From an uncultured delta proteobacterium (GTDB taxonomy: Bacteria > Myxococcota > Myxococcia > SLRQ01), in NCBI GenBank assembly GCA_963727485.1, contig CAVSGM010000012.1:1-32067 (forward strand): 32,067 nucleotides of DNA, written 5' to 3'. The notes under the pieces are model-generated. The model made no database searches. It had not been told where the DNA came from and worked only from the letters and a program-made list of their open reading frames with translations. Shown here piece by piece: positions 8,093 to 16,546 of the stretch. Position 1 is the stretch's first letter. Each line of letters opens with the position of its first letter. The position numbers and the translations under genes are program-made.

Positions 8093-9928
8093 TCAGCGGG
8101 CAGCCGGGGTCGCCTCGGCCTTCGCCATCCGACCGGTGTGCTCGGTGGGCTGGAGGAGCGCGAAGCCCGCCACCGGCCACTTCCGGTAGAGCGAGTTGCG
8201 GCGCACGAAGTCGGCGAGGCGCTCGTCGACCACCTGGTGCCACAGGGCCTTCGCCGCGTGGCGGAGCACCAGGTGTCCGTGCACCCGGAACACGAAGCCC
8301 ACGTGGGTCACCCGGATGGGCTCCAGCGGCCGGTCCCGGCGCACCACCAGGAGGATCGTCCCGTCGGGGATCCGCGACATCACCGCCGGGAACCGGTCGA
8401 TGGGCACGTAGGCGAGGCGCGCGCGCCGAAGCGGCAGGTCGTGGGCCGACAGCGGCAGGGGGACGCCCCGGCGGTGGTTCCAGAGGCTGGCGGTGAGGTC
8501 CTTCTCGGCGACCTTCACCTCGGCGCCGGCGATCTCGCGGGCGATGGACCGCACGAACCCCTTCTGCTCGTTGTCGGGGATCCACTCGTCCATCATCAGG
8601 TGGTTGCGGTGGCCGAAGGCGGGGACCCCGTCGCGGTAGCGGATCTGCAGCAGGGCGTGGAGGACGTGGTCGGGGTCGGGGCTGCTCGCCAGCGCCAGGA
8701 CCGTGTCCACGTAGGTGAGGCAGTCCACCCGGTCGTAGCGGATGAGGGGATCGGGGTCGAAGCCGGCGCCCTCGCCGAGGGGCGACTCGAGGTAGGGGGT
8801 CCCGAGGAAGGCCCGGGAGATGGCGTCGAGGCGGGCGGGGAAGGGCTCGCCGGCGACCGACTCGGCGACCTTCAGGGGCGAGGGCCGCGGGGTGCGCTCG
8901 CCGTGGGGCGCCGAGCCGCCGGCGCTCCCCCCGTCGCCCGTTCCCGCGTCGCCCTGCGTGTCCCTCGCCCGGCGCATCTTCGCCCGGAGCCGGGTGAGGC
9001 GGGCCTCGGGGATCTTGAGGCGCTGGAGGGCGTCGGCGGCGGCGAGGGACACCTGCGGCCCCGCGTGGTCCACGGCGTTCACCAGGAACTCGAGGCCCTC
9101 GACCTCGCCGTGGGCGCCGAGGGCCTCGGCGGCGGCGATGCGCACCTTGGGGGCGCTGTCGGTGAGGGCGGTGCGCAGGGCCCCGTCGGACCAGTGGCCG
9201 GGGACCTGGCCCAGGAGCCGCGCCGCGTCGACCCGGGCGTAGGCCGAGGGCCCGTCGAGGCGCGCCAGGAGCGAGAGCCGCGCCCGCTTGTCCCCCATGC
9301 TCGCCAAGGCCCGCAGGGCCGCCAGGCGCACCGCCTCGCTCCCATCCCGGGTCTTGGCCTTCAGGGCCCGGGTCGCGCCCCGCCAGCGGCAGCGGCCCAG
9401 CGCCTTCAGGAGGGCCATCTCGAGCTCGCGGTCGTCCCCGACCTTCTTCAGGGCCTCGACCAGGGCCCGGCCCCCGTGGGGATCGCCGAGCTTCGCCAGG
9501 GCCTGGGCCGCCTCCAGGCGCACCGACCGCTTGGGGTCGGCGAGGCGCCGGGCGATGTTCCGGGTGGCCCGCCGGTCGCGGAGCTTCCCCAGGGCGAAGA
9601 TCGCGTCCTGGCGCACCGACCAGTCCGGGTCGTCGACCACCTTCTCCAGGGCCCGCTCGGTCCCGTGGACCGCGAGGATCCCCAGGGCGTAGGCGGCGCG
9701 GTCCCGGACGTCGGGGTCCGGGTCCCCAAGCGCGCGGGTGATGAGGAACGCCGCCCGCCGGCCCCCTTGGAACGCCACCTGGTTGAGGAGCGGGTCCAGG
9801 GCCTCCTTGGGCCCGGTGTGCACCGTGCGCACCAGGACCCGGGTGACCTGGGCCCTGGCGGGGGACGCCGGGACGGCGAGGACGAGGAGGACCCCGGCGA
9901 GCGCCGGGAGGGTGGACGCGCGGACCAT
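8093..9928 (-). CDS. secreted HEAT-repeat protein fused to a DUF1460 (NlpC/P60-like, AmiA-type) peptidoglycan amidase domain
   Basis: ATG at 9928 after GGAG. Signal peptide ending PARA-Q. PBS-lyase/HEAT repeats (DPDPDVRDRAAYALG, DPDWSVRQDAIFALG). C-terminal FLGTPY...PLGEG..DPDP..R.D..DCLTY, RNH, VTHVG, RHA. Confidence 0.8.
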   Translation of the reverse strand: MVRASTLPALAGVLLVLAVPASPARAQVTRVLVRTVHTGPKEALDPLLNQVAFQGGRRAAFLITRALGDPDPDVRDRAAYALGILAVHGTERALEKVVDDPDWSVRQDAIFALGKLRDRRATRNIARRLADPKRSVRLEAAQALAKLGDPHGGRALVEALKKVGDDRELEMALLKALGRCRWRGATRALKAKTRDGSEAVRLAALRALASMGDKRARLSLLARLDGPSAYARVDAARLLGQVPGHWSDGALRTALTDSAPKVRIAAAEALGAHGEVEGLEFLVNAVDHAGPQVSLAAADALQRLKIPEARLTRLRAKMRRARDTQGDAGTGDGGSAGGSAPHGERTPRPSPLKVAESVAGEPFPARLDAISRAFLGTPYLESPLGEGAGFDPDPLIRYDRVDCLTYVDTVLALASSPDPDHVLHALLQIRYRDGVPAFGHRNHLMMDEWIPDNEQKGFVRSIAREIAGAEVKVAEKDLTASLWNHRRGVPLPLSAHDLPLRRARLAYVPIDRFPAVMSRIPDGTILLVVRRDRPLEPIRVTHVGFVFRVHGHLVLRHAAKALWHQVVDERLADFVRRNSLYRKWPVAGFALLQPTEHTGRMAKAEATPAAR

Positions 9929-10010
9929 CGGCTCCACTCCACCACAGGCCGCCGTCCACCGCCAGATGATCCCCGCGGGGAAAGCAGGGTAGACTGGTGG
10001 CGGTGAGGAG

Positions 10011-10592
10011 GTGGTCGAGACCGTTCCCTTCGACGTCATCCTGAGCTTGGCGGTGGGCCTGTCGGTGGCCTGGACGGCCCAGGTGCACCTCGCCGCCGCC
10101 CCGCGCCTGGTCCCCAGCCGGCCCCTGTGGGCGGTGGTGCTCTTCCAGGGGCTGATCTTCTGCCCCGTGGGCGCCTACCTCATCATCGTCCACCCGGCCT
10201 GGTCCTGGAACTACCTCTTCGATCCGGCGCACGTCCCCGGGTGGCTCCCGCCGGTGGCCATCGGGGCCTACGCGGTCGCCGGGATCGCGGGCTTCCTCTG
10301 GGGCGGGCACCTGGTGCGCACCGACCGGACCCGGCAGCTCGGGCGCATCGTCCTCGGGGTCCTGGGGGTCCTGGGGCTCTACTTCGGGGTCTTCGCCCGG
10401 CAGTTCTGGTGGGTGGGCAGCTACGCCGCCTGGGAGGCCGGGCACCAGGGGATGCAGGGGCTGCCCTTCTCGCGCCTCGGCTTCGCCCTCGCCGGGGTGG
10501 GGCCGATCTTCCTCGGCGTCCTCGGCTGGATCCTCTTCCGCGAGTGGCGCCACGGCCGGCGCCTCCTCGCAGCCGAATCCCGGAACCCTTGA
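10011..10592 (+). CDS. hypothetical integral membrane protein (~5 TM)
   Basis: 193 aa, alternating hydrophobic helices, HPAWSWNYL motif. Start uncertain. Confidence 0.75.
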   Translation: MVETVPFDVILSLAVGLSVAWTAQVHLAAAPRLVPSRPLWAVVLFQGLIFCPVGAYLIIVHPAWSWNYLFDPAHVPGWLPPVAIGAYAVAGIAGFLWGGHLVRTDRTRQLGRIVLGVLGVLGLYFGVFARQFWWVGSYAAWEAGHQGMQGLPFSRLGFALAGVGPIFLGVLGWILFREWRHGRRLLAAESRNP

Positions 10593-10622
10593 AGATTCCA
10601 TGGGAAAGCCGGGGGGCGATTC

Positions 10623-10651
10623 TTGACACCCCACAGGGCCCCTGTTACGAG
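10623..10651 (+). promoter_or_regulatory. sigma70-like promoter with palindromic operator in the spacer
   Basis: TTGACA (10623-10628), 17 bp, TG-T-TACGAG (10643-10651). ACAGGG-C-CCCTGT inverted repeat at 10633-10645. Confidence 0.5.
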
Positions 10652-10695
10652 ATTGCGATGGGCCATCGGTGTGGAAGGTGCCCTGTGGAGGGTCG

Positions 10696-11130
10696 ATGAA
10701 GCGTATCGTCGTTGGGGTCCTCGCGGCCGCGGGCCTGCTCGCCGGCTGCGGGCCGATCGAGTCCGTGGCGGTGATCGACGACGCCCAGGTGGCCCTCACC
10801 GGCGCCAAGGCGGCGAACGGTGATCGCTACGCCCCCTACGAGTACACCTCGGCCGAGCTCTACCTCGACAAGGCCCGGGAGGAGCGGGGCCACGCCGAGT
10901 ACCAGCAGGCCATCGGGTACGCCCGGCAGGCCCGGGAGATGGCCCGCGAGGCCGAGAGCAAGTCGATGAAGGCGACCCAGCAGCAGGGGGACGACGCCTC
11001 CCACGGCGCCCTGGTGCCCTACCAGGGGAGCGACGCCTCCCCGCCTCCGCCTCCGCCGCCCCCGACGACGTCGAGCCCGGACAGCGAATCCCAGACCGCG
11101 CCGGTCAAGATCGTGGCCCCCACGCCCTGA
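10696..11130 (+). CDS. DUF4398-like lipoprotein
   Basis: ATG after GGAGG. Lipobox LLAGC. AKAANGDRYAPYEYTSAELYLDKAREE..YQQAI.YA helical motif. Pro-rich tail. Confidence 0.8.
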   Translation: MKRIVVGVLAAAGLLAGCGPIESVAVIDDAQVALTGAKAANGDRYAPYEYTSAELYLDKAREERGHAEYQQAIGYARQAREMAREAESKSMKATQQQGDDASHGALVPYQGSDASPPPPPPPPTTSSPDSESQTAPVKIVAPTP

Positions 11131-11152
11131 CGCCCAGGAGCCTCGCAAGCCC

Positions 11153-12430
11153 ATGGCCACCGCCCGTTCCCTCGCTCTCACCGCCCTCGCCGGCGTGTTC
11201 CTCTTCGCCGGCTGTGTCACCGGCGGCCAGCTCCGCGCCACCGCCGGGGTGGTCCAGGAGAACCTCAAGCTCGCCCGGAAGCAGGGCGCCATGAAGTGCG
11301 CCCCGAGGCAGCTCGCCCGGGGCGAGGCGCACCTCACCTTCGCCCTCGGGGAGCTCGACCAGGGCGACTGGCAGCGGGCCCAGCAGGAGCTCGACCTCGC
11401 CCAGACCTCCACCCGCAAGGCCGTGCGCCTCTCCCGGGGCTGCATCAAGCAGGTGCTGATCAAGAAGCCCAAGCCGCCTCCGGTGATCGTCAAGATCAAG
11501 GAGAAGGACACCGACGGCGACGGGATCCCCGACAACAAGGACAAGTGCCCCAAGCAGCCCGGCCCCAAGTCGAACCAGGGCTGCCCGGTGGTCAAGCCCA
11601 AGGACACCGACGGCGACGGGCTCACCGATGACGTCGACCGCTGCCCCAAGGTCCCGGGTCCGGCGTCGAACCAGGGCTGCCCGCCCGCCGAGGCCCCGCT
11701 GGACACCGACGGCGACGGCATCCCCGACACCGCCGACAAGTGCCCCAAGCAGGCCGGGCCGGCGTCGAACCACGGCTGCCCCATCCTCGACTCCGACGGT
11801 GACGGCATCCCCGACAACGTCGACAAGTGCCCCAACGAGCCCGAGGACAAGGACGGCTTCCAGGACCAGGACGGCTGCCCCGACCTCGACAACGACCAGG
11901 ACGGCATCCCCGACGTCAAGGACAAGTGCCCGGACCAGAAGGGCCCGCCGGAGACCAACGGCTGCCCGCCCAAGGACAGCGACGGCGACGGCGTCCCCGA
12001 CTACCAGGACAAGTGCCCGCAGACGCCGGGGCTCAAGGAGCTCCAGGGCTGCCCGCGCAAGTACAAGCTGGTCACGCTCACCAAGAAGAAGATCGAGATC
12101 AAGCAGAAGGTCCACTTCGCCACCGGGCGCTACCGGATCCTCTCCGACAGCTTCGAGCTCCTCAACGAGGTCGCCCAGGTCCTCAAGGACAACCCCAAGA
12201 TCACCCTGCGCATCGAGGGGCACACCGACAGCCGCGGCTCGGACAGCTTCAACCTCCGCCTCTCCCAGAAGCGCGCGCGGTCGGTGCGGCGTTACCTCAT
12301 CGGCCAGGGCGTCGACCCGGGCCGGCTCAAGGCCGTGGGCTTCGGCGAGACGCGCCCCATCGCCACCAACGCCACCCGGGCGGGCCGGGAGGCCAACCGC
12401 CGGGTCGAGTTCGTGATCACCTCCCAGTAG
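11153..12430 (+). CDS. OmpA-family lipoprotein (DUF4398-like N-terminus, TSP3 repeats, OmpA_C peptidoglycan-binding domain)
   Basis: Lipobox LFAGC. Six DTDGDGIPD..DKCP...G...N.GCP units. VHFATG, IEGHTDSRG...NLRLSQKRA..V, GFGETRP, NRRVEF. Confidence 0.92.
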   Translation: MATARSLALTALAGVFLFAGCVTGGQLRATAGVVQENLKLARKQGAMKCAPRQLARGEAHLTFALGELDQGDWQRAQQELDLAQTSTRKAVRLSRGCIKQVLIKKPKPPPVIVKIKEKDTDGDGIPDNKDKCPKQPGPKSNQGCPVVKPKDTDGDGLTDDVDRCPKVPGPASNQGCPPAEAPLDTDGDGIPDTADKCPKQAGPASNHGCPILDSDGDGIPDNVDKCPNEPEDKDGFQDQDGCPDLDNDQDGIPDVKDKCPDQKGPPETNGCPPKDSDGDGVPDYQDKCPQTPGLKELQGCPRKYKLVTLTKKKIEIKQKVHFATGRYRILSDSFELLNEVAQVLKDNPKITLRIEGHTDSRGSDSFNLRLSQKRARSVRRYLIGQGVDPGRLKAVGFGETRPIATNATRAGREANRRVEFVITSQ

Positions 12431-12441
12431 CGGGAGCGACC

Positions 12442-13602
12442 ATGCCGAGCTTCGAGGTCTTCATCCCCGCCGCCCCGGAGACGGGGTTCGATCTGACGTT
12501 CCGTGTCGACGCCGACAACTGGATGGCCGCGCTCAAGACCGGCCTAGACCAGGTCGGGCTCCAGGGCCACCGGGGCAACCTCCTCTGCGACATCAAGCCC
12601 ACCGGGATCGACGTCACCGATCCCGGCTCGGGGAAGGTGTTCCGGATCCGCGAGCTCGCCGAGGGCGAGGCCCCGGCGGCCCCGGCCCCGGCGGCAGCGG
12701 CAGCGGCCCCGGCGGCAGCGGCCCCGGCCCCGGCGGCAGCGGCCCCGGCGGCCCCGGCGGCGGTCCCCGAGCCCCCCGAGCCCAAGACCGAGGTCGTGGC
12801 CGCGCCCGAGCCGGCGTTCCCCAGGACCGCGCCCCCGGCCGAGCCGCCAATCCCGGCACCGCCCCAGGACACCGAGCCGTCCCTCCCCGCGGCGCCCCCC
12901 ACCGTCGCCCAGCCCTCGCCCCAGTCGGCGGCCCCGGCCCCCCAGCCCCCGCCGCCGCGGCCCCCCTCCAAGCGCTTCAGCCCGCCGCCGCACCACAGCG
13001 ACACCGAGGTCCGCTCGGTGAGCCGCGTGGCGCAGCGGGCCCCGACCCCCGCCGCCGCCATCGGCCGGGCCCAGTCCCCGGGGGGCTCCTCCCAGGAGGA
13101 CGTCCTCGCCGAGCTCTTCGAGCGGGTGCAGCGGATCTACGACGCCAAGGACGCCGACGCGGCCCTGGGCTTCGTCCTCGACCTCGCCATGGAGAAGGTC
13201 CCCGCCGAGAGCGGCTCCGCCTACCGCGCCGACATCTCCAGCCGGATGGTGCGCTTCGTCGCCGCCCGGGGCCCCAAGGCCGACGAGCTGATGCGCCTCG
13301 CCCCGGCGGTCCCCGTGGGCACCGGGCTGGTGGGCGTGTCGGTGGAGCAGGGCGTGGGGCTGGCCATCAGCGACGCCGACCAGGACCCCCGGTTCTTCCG
13401 CGCCGTCTCCGACCGCCTGGGCTACGAGACCCGCTCGGTGATCACCGTGCCCATCCAGCGCGAGGGCCAGGTCATGGGGGCCCTCCAGCTCATCAACCGC
13501 CGCCAGGGCAGCACCTTCAGCGAGTCGGACCTCGCCATCGTCGACTACCTGGGCCGGGAGTGCGCCGAGTACCTCCGCGCCACCGGCGAGGTCACCGCCT
13601 AG
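12442..13602 (+). CDS. GAF-domain protein with small N-terminal domain and Pro/Ala-rich linker
   Basis: ATG after GGGAG. C-terminal GTGLVG...ISDADQDPRF...GYETRSVITVPI....VMGALQLINRR..STFSESDL is a GAF signature. Confidence 0.85.
   Translation: MPSFEVFIPAAPETGFDLTFRVDADNWMAALKTGLDQVGLQGHRGNLLCDIKPTGIDVTDPGSGKVFRIRELAEGEAPAAPAPAAAAAAPAAAAPAPAAAAPAAPAAVPEPPEPKTEVVAAPEPAFPRTAPPAEPPIPAPPQDTEPSLPAAPPTVAQPSPQSAAPAPQPPPPRPPSKRFSPPPHHSDTEVRSVSRVAQRAPTPAAAIGRAQSPGGSSQEDVLAELFERVQRIYDAKDADAALGFVLDLAMEKVPAESGSAYRADISSRMVRFVAARGPKADELMRLAPAVPVGTGLVGVSVEQGVGLAISDADQDPRFFRAVSDRLGYETRSVITVPIQREGQVMGALQLINRRQGSTFSESDLAIVDYLGRECAEYLRATGEVTA
12670..12762 (+). repeat. low-complexity GCCCCGGCGGCAGCG-type tandem repeats (APAAA linker)
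   Basis: Visible direct repeats encoding APAAPAPAAAAAAPAAAAPAPAAAAPAAPAA. Confidence 0.7.
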
Positions 13603-13674
13603 GGGCGTGTGGCGGGGCCGCCGCCGGCCCGGCGCCCCGGTCGATACGCGCCGCGCCGAGGACCCCCTCGGCAC

Positions 13675-13759
13675 CCCTCGGAACGCGTCACGTTGGGATA
13701 CATTGGGAGACGTTGGGGCGGATTGCCCCAATGGGATACGTTGTGACGCGTTCGACGGG
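13675..13759. repeat. palindromic element with internal 10-bp direct repeats between convergent genes
   Basis: GAACGCGTCAC (13681-13691) / GTGACGCGTTC (13743-13753) perfect inverted repeat. Internal units ACGTTGGGAT, ACATTGGGAG, ACGTTGGGGC, then CCAATGGGAT, ACGTTGTGAC. Confidence 0.75.
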
Positions 13760-13791
13760 TCGCCCCCCCCCGCCGCCCGGGCGCGCCCCGC

Positions 13792-15252
13792 TCACCGCGG
13801 GGACCAGACCTCGCCCTGGCGTGACACCTTCCCCTCGGCGGCCAGCTTCTCCAGGTGCGCCAGGACGCTGCGGTCGGCGAAGGGGTAGAGCGCCGGGGGC
13901 ACGTCGGTGTAGACCGCCTCCACCACTGCGCGGATCGCCCGCGGCCCGGCCTCGAGGCTGGCGAGGATCGCGTCCTCCCGGGCCTGGCGGTGGGCGAGGT
14001 AGGTCTCGATCCGGGTCACCGCCTCGGCGCTCGGGGGGCCATGGGCCGGGAGGACCATGGCGGGCTCCAGGGCCTTCAGGCGCCGGAGCGAGTCGAAGTA
14101 GGCGGCCATGTCCCCCTCGGGGGGATCGATGACGATGGTGCCGACCCCGGCCATCATGTCGCCGACCACCACCGCCCCGGTGGACCGGTCGTGGAAGCAC
14201 AGGTGCCCGGGGGCGTGGCCCGGGGTGTGGATCGCGGTCCAGGTCTGGGTCAGCGGTCCTTCGAGGCGGGTCTCGTCGCCGTCGTCGATCAGCGCGTCGA
14301 CCAGCCCTGCCGGGAGGCGCTCGGCGGTGCGGCCGTGGGCCTTCACCGGGACCTTCAGCCGCGCCTTGAGGTGGGCGACGCCGCCGACGTGGTCGGGGTG
14401 GTGGTGGGTGAGCCAGATGGCGCTGACCCGGGCGCCCTCGGCGGCGAGGTCGTCGAGGACCGCGTCGAGGCGCGCCTGGGCGTCGTCCCAGGGCGAGGCG
14501 GGGTCGACCACCACCCGCTCGGCGCCGGTGCCCAGGACGTAGACGTTGGTGTGGGTCGCCGGCGGCAGGGTGGGGGTGCGCACCGGGACCAACCGGGTGC
14601 CCCGGAGGGGCTCGTGGTGCCCCGGCGCCCCCCCGCCGAGGTCGGAGGCGTCGGCGCCCCGGGCCACCAGGGACGCCAGGGGCCGGCGCACCGTCTCCGG
14701 GAGGGCGAGCTCGCCGGCGTCGAAGGCCGCCAGCGCCGCCTCGGGCCGCCACCACCGCAGGGCCGAGACCTCCGCGGGGAAGGGGCTGCCCTCACCGGCG
14801 GCGCCCTCGGGGAGGTGCAGGCGGTGGAGCACGATGTCCAGGGCGGGGACCACGAAGCCCTCGAGGCGCCAGCGGCCGGTGGGGACGACCGCCGCGAGGT
14901 CCGCCTCCAGGCCCTCGGCCTCGAGGAGCTCGGTGAAGGCCAGCTTCCCCTCCCGGAGGGCGACACGGCGGGGCGCGAGGCGGGCTTCGGGCACGGCGGC
15001 GGCGCCGGGGAGCGCGAGGATCCCCGTCTCCTCGAAGAGCTCCCGGAGGGCGGCGACCCGGCGCGCGCGATCGTCGTCGGCGAGGCCGCCTGCCCCGAGG
15101 CGCGCAGAGGGCCGGGCGTCGCCCTCGGCCACCGAGCCCCCCGGGAAGGCCCAGGCGCCCTCGAGGAGGCTGCCGGCGGCCCGGCGGCCGAGGAGGACCT
15201 CGGGGCCGTCCGCGCCGGGGCGGAGGAGCATCAGCGATGCGGCGGCGTCCAT
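13792..15252 (-). CDS. NUDIX hydrolase / metallo-beta-lactamase-fold (LACTB2-like) fusion protein
   Basis: Interrupted Nudix box FPGG.V..GD...AALRELFEETGI. MBL motifs THHHPDHVGG, TPGHAPGH, GD, PAHG. C-terminal winged helix VY.DVP..L...A..SVLAHLEKL. Confidence 0.88.
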   Translation of the reverse strand: MDAAASLMLLRPGADGPEVLLGRRAAGSLLEGAWAFPGGSVAEGDARPSARLGAGGLADDDRARRVAALRELFEETGILALPGAAAVPEARLAPRRVALREGKLAFTELLEAEGLEADLAAVVPTGRWRLEGFVVPALDIVLHRLHLPEGAAGEGSPFPAEVSALRWWRPEAALAAFDAGELALPETVRRPLASLVARGADASDLGGGAPGHHEPLRGTRLVPVRTPTLPPATHTNVYVLGTGAERVVVDPASPWDDAQARLDAVLDDLAAEGARVSAIWLTHHHPDHVGGVAHLKARLKVPVKAHGRTAERLPAGLVDALIDDGDETRLEGPLTQTWTAIHTPGHAPGHLCFHDRSTGAVVVGDMMAGVGTIVIDPPEGDMAAYFDSLRRLKALEPAMVLPAHGPPSAEAVTRIETYLAHRQAREDAILASLEAGPRAIRAVVEAVYTDVPPALYPFADRSVLAHLEKLAAEGKVSRQGEVWSPR

Positions 15253-15259
15253 GGCCGCC

Positions 15260-15266
15260 TAGGATA
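15260..15266. promoter_or_regulatory. bidirectional overlapping -10 elements
   Basis: TAGGAT (+, 15260-15265) and TATCCT (-, 15266-15261), each 8 nt from a divergent ATG. Confidence 0.55.
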
Positions 15267-15273
15267 GGGCCCG

Positions 15274-15636
15274 ATGCCCGCCACCGAAAGCGCCCCGTCG
15301 TTCTCCCCCTGGCGCGACGCCGACGCCCCTGGCGACGCGGACGCCCTCCCCGCCGGGCCCGCGGTGGTGCAGGTGAAGGTGGCCGCGGGGCTCGTGGACT
15401 ACCCCGAGGGCCGCAGCGCCATGGTCCTCTACCTCTGGACCCCCGACCTCGCCGCCTTCCCCGACCGGATCCTCCCGGCGGTGAGGGCGCGGGCCGAGGC
15501 GGCGGGGCTCGGGGCGGCCCTGCGCTTCCGCTTCCGCGCCGATCCCGACCCGGCGCGGGCGACCGCCGCGCTCCTGGCGCGCTTCCACGCCCGCTTCGGC
15601 GCCACCCCGCGCCTCAACGCGTCCCCGGCGAGCTGA
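15274..15636 (+). CDS. small hypothetical protein, possibly a degenerate GIY-YIG-like fold
   Basis: 120 aa. LP.GPAVVQV...LVDYPEGRSAMVLY...LRFRF...ALLARFHARFGATPRLN resembles the 'P..pGvY.....Y...ll..f...fG..P..N' layout. Confidence 0.6.
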   Translation: MPATESAPSFSPWRDADAPGDADALPAGPAVVQVKVAAGLVDYPEGRSAMVLYLWTPDLAAFPDRILPAVRARAEAAGLGAALRFRFRADPDPARATAALLARFHARFGATPRLNASPAS

Positions 15637-15667
15637 GGCCCGCCCTGCGACCGGGAGGTCCCCCTGG

Positions 15668-16514
15668 CTACCGGGTCCGCCCGCAGTAGCCCTGGAAGAT
15701 GTAGGTGGGCGACGGGGTCAGGGGCGACTGCTGGAAGTCCCCCTGGTCGTCGACGAGGATGGTGAACGAGAATCCCCACCGCCACCGAGTCGCAGCCGCC
15801 GTAGAAGTTGGGGACCACCCAGGCGGCGCAGAGCCCCAGGGAGTCGAGGTCCGGGCCGCCCGAGGTGAACTGGCGCTGCTTGTAGGCGTCGTCCATGGCC
15901 AGGAACACCGGCCGGCCGCCGACGGTGGGCGGGAGGGTGGAGACGTCGGCGACCTGGGTCGCCTGGGACCGGAAGGTGAGGGCGGCGAAGGTCTGCGCGT
16001 CGGCCACGCTGACGATGGGCGCCACGTCCGGGCCGAAGGTGCCGTGGAGGCCCTGGTCGGTGTAGCCGCCGGTGAGGTTCTGCTTCATGGGGCCGACGAA
16101 GCTGCACTTGGGCACCCCGTAGGTCCCGGGGATGCCGTAGGGGTCGGTGGCCTTGAACAGGAGGAGGTAGGGCCCCGAGCCGGCGGCGGTGACGTCGGTG
16201 TAGCCGTCCTTCTTCAGGGCCGCGGCGGTGGTGGTGGCGTCGAGGGCGCAGGGGAGGTCGCGGGTGACCACCGCGGCGAGCTTGGCCTCGGTGGCCGCCA
16301 GAAGGGTGCCCGAGGGGAGCGTCTGGGGGTCGGGGAGCGAGCCGAGGTCCTTCTGGTCGTAGGCCGCGTGGACAATCTGGGCCGCGGTGAACGTGGACCC
16401 GCACGCCGAGAGGGAGAAGGTCTCGAGGTTCTTGTAGTCCGGCGGCGTCGCACCGCAGGCGGCCAGGCTGGCCAAGCCGGCCAGGACGAACAGGAGGGGC
16501 AGGGCCCTGCGCAT
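15668..16514 (-). CDS. hypothetical lipoprotein (~281 aa; apparent +1 frameshift at 15770-15774)
   Basis: MRRALPLLFVLAGLASLAAC lipobox. Removing one base at GAATC restores ...GCDSVAVGISFTILVDDQGDFQQSPLTPSPTYIFQGYCGRTR* with GC3-typical codons and avoids overlap with the convergent gene. Confidence 0.7.
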
Positions 16515-16546
16515 GGGAATCACAATAGTGCTTCCGGGCCCTGGCG

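Noticed and set aside
11153..12430. TraB of myxobacterial outer-membrane exchange
   Set aside because: Shares TSP3+OmpA but is a lipoprotein lacking the N-terminal beta-barrel, and no traA-like gene is adjacent.
13675..13759. dif, parS or retron msr-msd
   Set aside because: No match to dif (XerC/D arms) or parS (TGTTTCACGTGAAACA-like) consensus, and no reverse transcriptase in the window.
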